NCBI GenBank assembly: GCA_042216015.1 | Contig: JBDGUI010000032.1 | Coordinates: forward strand, 51,753 to 72,938 | Length of the DNA stretch: 21,186 nt | Direction: 5' to 3' | Origin: Halodesulfurarchaeum sp. | Lineage (GTDB): Archaea; Halobacteriota; Halobacteria; Halobacteriales; Halobacteriaceae | Part shown: piece after piece, positions 17,401 to 21,186 of the stretch | Position numbering within the stretch: position 1 is the first letter of the stretch | Layout: the number at the start of each line of letters is the position of its first letter | Notes under the pieces: generated by a model | The model's database searches: none | The model's input: the letters and a program-made list of their open reading frames with translations, nothing else | Told to the model about the DNA's origin: nothing | Position numbers and translations under genes: made by a program

Positions 17401-17578
17401 GATCCGGCTCGAAATCGTCGTCTACGACGAGCGGGTCGGGAAGCTGGTCGCCGAGCACGAGGCCCTGATCGCCGATGAGGTCCGGGCACGCGACGTCGGC
17501 GAGGTCGAGGACGGGCACCGGGAGACCTGGGAGGTCGAGGGGACACAGGTGGAACTGGCGATCGACCCGGTCGAGTGA
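14411..17578 (+). CDS. ileS: Isoleucine--tRNA ligase
   Basis: DGPPYTSGAAHMG, GYDMHGLPIE, WTTTPWT editing motif, WNVSRQRYWG, DQTRGWF and GMSKS. Archaeal-type C-terminus. Confidence 0.98.
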   Translation: MTHFAGEVPDQYDPHAVEERVFAYWDDVDAYETTKEHRADGEDFFFVDGPPYTSGAAHMGTTWNKTLKDAHIRFRRMQGYNVTDRPGYDMHGLPIETKVEEKLGFENKQDIEEFGEQRFIEECKAFAEEQLEGLQSDFQSFGVWMDWENPYKTVDPEYMEAAWWAFDQAHDRGLVEQGKRSINQCPRCQTAIANNEVEYEEVTDPSIYVRFPLSDREGSLVIWTTTPWTIPANTFVAVDEELTYAGVEAEKDGESEVLYLEESLVEAVLEAGRYTDYEILETYAGEELVGWAYDHPLREEVPEAPDFEGAGKVYTADYVEAEDTGLVHSAPGHGEVDFERGQELGLEIFCPVGEDGVFDERAGKYAGEYVKDADERIIADLEANGALLARETEQHSYGHCWRCDTPIIQIVTDQWYITITDVKQDLLENIEETEWHPEWARDSRFRDFVEEAPDWNVSRQRYWGIPIPIWIPEDWSGDMDEAVVIGTREELADRVDQEVDPEQVDLHKGTVDDLTITEDGRIHRRVPDVFDVWLDSSVASWGTLGYPGNTEQFEELWPADLIMEAHDQTRGWFWSQLGMGTAALGDVPYREVLMHGFALMPDGRGMSKSKNITVEPGEVMAEYGADPMRLFLLSVTPQGEDMRFSWEATETMQRDLNILWNAFRFPLPYMEMDGIDPLALDVREEPLERIDRWLLSRLQAVEETAAEGWADFEQHRALEAIIDFVVEDVSRYYIQIVRERMWDPEESGSKRAAYATLTHVLREVIALLAPYAPFITEELYQRLTGDGGRTSVHMLDWPEADSDLRKESLESAIEHVRAIEEAGSRARQDAGRKLRWPVTRVVVDAQDEAVVETLSDHDDLLADRLNARTVEVVEPGTDWDELAYTATADMSELGPAFGDQAHAVMEALNAARVDEPDLESLEAAVAEELGESVSLAESMVTFTAVPPEPVAGTDFDGGRVYVDATLTRDVESEGYAREIIRRAQKMRKDLDLAMDAEIRLEIVVYDERVGKLVAEHEALIADEVRARDVGEVEDGHRETWEVEGTQVELAIDPVE

Positions 17579-17637
17579 AACTTCCGGTTCCCCGATAGTG
17601 AAATCCGCGACCCCTGTTCGAGCCGGGAAAGCGCCAC

Positions 17638-18489
17638 TCAGTCCCGAAGGGCCTCGGTCAGGACGGGTGCGACGCTGACCTCCGAGACCGACCGGTCGAT
17701 CGTGTCGGTTCCATAGATCTTCTGGCACCCCGCATTCGCGAGCCTCGAGTGGGCGCTGTCCACCAGCAGCGGGTGAACGGTCCCGACGAACACTCGTTCG
17801 GGCTCCTCACCGAGCGCAGCGATCGCCCCGCTCATGGTGCCGCCGGTGGCGATGATGTCGTCGACGACGACCAGGTCGCGCCCGGCAACGGAGAGGTTCG
17901 CCGGCTGGATCTCCACGTCACCGGTCTCCCGATCGCGATGCTTCTCGAAGGCATCGGTCTCCCCGGTGCCGTAGGCGTCCCGGACCGATTCCGCGAGGTC
18001 GATCGCCCCGTGGTCCGGGGCGAGAAAGACCGGGTCACGGAGGTCTCCCGGGAGCGGCTCGGCCAGCCGTTCTGCGGCGTCGACGGCGGTGGTCGGGACG
18101 GTGAAGAAGTCGGTGATGGCCGGTTCGTGGGGCGAGACGACGAGTACCCGGTCCGTTCCGGTGCTGATCGCCCGGGCCATCGCCCGCGCGGAGACCGGCT
18201 GGCCCGGTTCGAACGCCTCGTCCTGGCGGGCGTATCCCATGTACGGGATGACGGTCACGATCTCGCTCGCGCCGGCCTCACGAACGGCGTCCTGGAGCTG
18301 GAGCAACTGGATGTGGGCGTCACTCGATCCGGTTGCGGCGACGACGATGGCCCGACCGTCCTGGGGCGGGACTTCCACGAGCATTTCACCGTCCGCAAAG
18401 TGTCGGGACTCGACCTCGGCCAGCGGCTCCTCGAGTTCGGCGGCGAGCTCGGCGGCCATCGCCTGCGAGGCCGTTCCGGGAACGATCAT
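17638..18489 (-). CDS. prs: Ribose-phosphate pyrophosphokinase
   Basis: FADGE, PYMGYARQD, APDHGA and VVDDIIATGGT motifs. ATG at 18489. Confidence 0.96.
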   Translation of the reverse strand: MIVPGTASQAMAAELAAELEEPLAEVESRHFADGEMLVEVPPQDGRAIVVAATGSSDAHIQLLQLQDAVREAGASEIVTVIPYMGYARQDEAFEPGQPVSARAMARAISTGTDRVLVVSPHEPAITDFFTVPTTAVDAAERLAEPLPGDLRDPVFLAPDHGAIDLAESVRDAYGTGETDAFEKHRDRETGDVEIQPANLSVAGRDLVVVDDIIATGGTMSGAIAALGEEPERVFVGTVHPLLVDSAHSRLANAGCQKIYGTDTIDRSVSEVSVAPVLTEALRD

Positions 18490-18673
18490 GTCGAATCGAT
18501 CGTGTGGGGCTGGCTTACGCGTTGTGATGGCTCGAACGGAACCAGGGCCGATCGACCGAATTGGGAAGGGGGGGATGGAGCTGGTCTCCCGGTATTGCCG
18601 GGCCGGCGGATCGCCCCCTGTTGCCGGAGAGGGTTTCACAATTGCTTTGGTTGTTCCAGCCAACCCTCCGACA

Positions 18674-20041
18674 ATGCAAGTGTTCGGCTCCAGCGGCACC
18701 CGAGGGCGGGTCACCGAGGAACTGACGCCCGACTTCGCACTGCGGGTGGCGGCCGCCGCCGGGACCGTGTGGGGGACCGACCGGGTCGCACTGGGTCGGG
18801 ACACCCGGCTAACCGGGCCGATGCTTGCCAACGCGGCCACGAGCGGTCTCGCGAGCGTGGGCGCGGACGTGGATCGACTGGGCGTCGTCCCGACACCGGC
18901 CCTCCAGTCCTATGCCGCCCGCGAGGGCGTCCCCGGCGTGATGATCACCGCCTCGCACAACCCGCCGGCGTACAACGGCATCAAGCTGGTCGGGGCCGAT
19001 GGCGTCGAACTCAGCGTGGAACGGCTCGAGGCGATCGAATCGGCGCTTCTCGACGACGATCCAGCCTACGCATCCTGGGATCGAACGGGGACGGACCGGG
19101 CCGTCGAGAGCGCCCGGCGGACCTATCGCGAGGAACTGCTCGAGGCGGTCGACCGGGAGGCCATCGCCGGGGCGAATCTCACCGTCGCGCTGGATCCGGG
19201 CCACGGGGCCGGTTCCCTCACCAGCCCCGATTTCTTCCGCGAACTCGGCTGCTCGGTCCGGACGGTCAATGCCCACCCCGACGGCCACTTTCCGGGCCGG
19301 GACCCGGAGCCGGTCGAGTCGAACCTCGCGGATCTCGGCCAGCTCGTCCGGGCCACCGACGCCGACGTCGGGGTCGCCCACGACGGCGATGCCGATCGGG
19401 CGATCTTCTTCGATGAGACCGGCTCGTACATCGAGGGCGACGCCACGCTGGCCGCACTCGCGGATGCGACCCTCGAGCCGGGTGACACGACGGTCTCGGC
19501 GGTCAACGTCTCCCAGCGCCTGGTCGACGTCGCCGAGGCCGCTGGGGCCGAACTCGAGTTGACCCCGATCGGGAGCACGCGGATCATGACACGCATACGG
19601 GACCTGCAGCGGGCCGGCGAGACGGTCCCGGTCGCCGGAGAGGGAAACGGCGGCGTGATCTTTCCCGACTATCGAATCAACCGGGACGGGGCCTACACCG
19701 CGGCCCGATTTCTTTCACTCCTCGCAGAACGGAGGGCGAGTGAGGTCATCGCTCCCTACGACGACTATGCGAACGTCCGCCGGAACGTCCACTACGCCGA
19801 CGAGGCCGAACGGGCGACGCTGGTGGAGGCGGCCGGCGAGTGGGCTCGGGGGGCCGACGGCGAGGTCACGACCATCGACGGCTATCGCGTCGATTTCGGC
19901 GACGCCTGGGTGCTCGCCCGCCCGAGCGGCACCGAGCCGGTCGTCCGGGTCTACGCGGAAGCAAGAGAGCGGGATCGGGCCGTTTCGCTCGCGGAGCGGT
20001 TCGTCTCGGCGCTGGAAGACGCCGCCGAGGCCGGAGGGTAA
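18674..20041 (+). CDS. glmM: Phosphoglucosamine mutase / phosphohexomutase
   Basis: FGSSGTRG, ITASHNP phosphoserine motif, DGDADR metal loop, GEGNGG and RPSGTEP. Confidence 0.9.
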   Translation: MQVFGSSGTRGRVTEELTPDFALRVAAAAGTVWGTDRVALGRDTRLTGPMLANAATSGLASVGADVDRLGVVPTPALQSYAAREGVPGVMITASHNPPAYNGIKLVGADGVELSVERLEAIESALLDDDPAYASWDRTGTDRAVESARRTYREELLEAVDREAIAGANLTVALDPGHGAGSLTSPDFFRELGCSVRTVNAHPDGHFPGRDPEPVESNLADLGQLVRATDADVGVAHDGDADRAIFFDETGSYIEGDATLAALADATLEPGDTTVSAVNVSQRLVDVAEAAGAELELTPIGSTRIMTRIRDLQRAGETVPVAGEGNGGVIFPDYRINRDGAYTAARFLSLLAERRASEVIAPYDDYANVRRNVHYADEAERATLVEAAGEWARGADGEVTTIDGYRVDFGDAWVLARPSGTEPVVRVYAEARERDRAVSLAERFVSALEDAAEAGG

Positions 20042-20107
20042 AAGGCGACGCACCTCGAACGTCAAGACAGTTACCACCGATCGGCCCGGCCCGATCCCGT
20101 GATCCCA

Positions 20108-20548
20108 ATGAGCCACGAATCCGAGAAGACCTACAGCGAGAGCGTGGAGATGTATTTGAAGGAGATCTACCTGCTGTCGCGGGACGGCGACCCGGCGGCG
20201 ACCGGGGCGATCGCCGACCGCCTCGGCGTCTCGCCGCCGAGCGTGACCGACCGACTCAACCATCTGGTGGATCTCGATCTGGTGACCTACGAGAAACACC
20301 GGGGGGCGTCGCTCACCGACCGTGGGGAGGCCGAGGCGGTCAGCCTGTTGCGCAAGCACTGCCGGATCGAGCGATTTCTCGTCCAGGAACTCGACGTCAC
20401 GGAGGGGTTTCACGAGGAGGCCTGTCGGCTGGAACACGCCGCGACGGACGAGGTCGCGGCCCGACTGGACCGCTTCGTCGAACTCCCCGAGGAGTGCCCG
20501 GACTGTTATGACCCCGAGGCCCAGCATTGCAGTCGCCTGACGCCCTGA
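20108..20548 (+). CDS. DtxR/MntR family metal-dependent transcriptional regulator
   Basis: EMYLKEIY, HTH IADRLGVSPPSVT, RKHCRIERFL and EACRLEH. No FeoA-like domain; Cys-rich tail. Confidence 0.93.
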   Translation: MSHESEKTYSESVEMYLKEIYLLSRDGDPAATGAIADRLGVSPPSVTDRLNHLVDLDLVTYEKHRGASLTDRGEAEAVSLLRKHCRIERFLVQELDVTEGFHEEACRLEHAATDEVAARLDRFVELPEECPDCYDPEAQHCSRLTP

Positions 20549-20589
20549 GAGATGCGAAGGTCTATCACGACCCGTCCCCAGAGACAGGT

Positions 20590-20790
20590 ATGACCGTACC
20601 GCTCCCTTCCCGAGACATGTCGATCGTCCTGTTGGGCTTCGGGGTGCTCGTTCTCGTTTCCCTGAGCCGCTTCGGCGGGGCCCTCGAGTCGATCATCTAT
20701 ACCGGGTACGGACTCGCGATTCCCTTCGTCTTCCTGCTGATGGCTCTCGGGGGGATCTATTTCGGTGCGAGACACCTGTTGAGCTCCTGA
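20590..20790 (+). CDS. Small membrane protein (about 2 TM helices)
   Basis: 66 aa with two hydrophobic stretches. It fills the gap between neighbouring genes. Confidence 0.6.
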   Translation: MTVPLPSRDMSIVLLGFGVLVLVSLSRFGGALESIIYTGYGLAIPFVFLLMALGGIYFGARHLLSS

Positions 20791-20829
20791 TTCCAGAAGA
20801 ACCAAGCGGGTGGCCCGCGATGATCCCGT

Positions 20830-21033
20830 ATGAACTGGGACACGCTCCGTGAACTCCTGCCCCACTATCTGGCGCTCATCATCATCCTGACCGCCCTGTT
20901 GACCGGCATGACCCTGTTCTGGCCGGGTGGCGAGCCGAGCCTCTGGGTCCAGATCGGCGTGGCGGTGATTCTGGGGCTGGCCTACCCCACGGCGGTTCGA
21001 TATCTGGGATTTGCGCCATCGGCCTGGGAGTAA
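20830..21033 (+). CDS. Small membrane protein (2 TM helices)
   Basis: 67 aa with LPHYLAL...LAYP...LGFAPSAWE and two hydrophobic helices. Confidence 0.75.
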   Translation: MNWDTLRELLPHYLALIIILTALLTGMTLFWPGGEPSLWVQIGVAVILGLAYPTAVRYLGFAPSAWE

Positions 21034-21186
21034 GTCTGGTCGATCTCAGTTCGACCCCTTTTGGCGGTTCAGCAACCCTGGGTCGATTCCGACCGGCCAA
21101 CAGCGACCAGAACCTATATATACCGTCGCTAAACGGCTCTACCCCGAAAACCCCGGTTTCGACCGCTGTCCGACGGTTGTATGACG

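Noticed and set aside
21080..21095. gggtcgattccgacc resembles a tRNA T-arm
   Set aside because: No cloverleaf, D-arm or anticodon arm can be built. It is only a short hairpin.

Overview
GC-rich haloarchaeal (Halobacteria) chromosomal segment: acidic proteins, mostly leaderless-style starts with TATA-like boxes ~25-30 nt upstream. The window holds about 24 CDS. Left: YigZ/IMPACT protein, ACT-domain regulator, hisB, hisA (minus strand), then halophilic 2Fe-2S ferredoxin, PibD/FlaK-type prepilin peptidase, hisI, a coiled-coil hypothetical, and MCM helicase with a 190-aa mini-intein just after Walker B. Centre (8863-13818): an eight-gene block of four uncharacterised proteins, an intact MinD/ParA ATPase, a TFB, a tandem-HTH protein and a Walker-A-dead MinD/ParA paralogue. 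Right: HIT hydrolase, ileS, prs, glmM, a DtxR-family regulator and two small membrane proteins. The best candidate for an undescribed system is the central block, which includes a possible degenerate mini-SMC/ABC coiled-coil protein and a Cas2-like-fold protein. Other oddities: an AT-rich synonymous-codon island at empty intein sites in mcm, a YigZ with a remodelled active site, and two spacers built from decayed copies of the upstream gene's 3' end. No rRNA, tRNA, CRISPR array or transposase was seen. Family and DUF names come from recall of motifs, not database searches.
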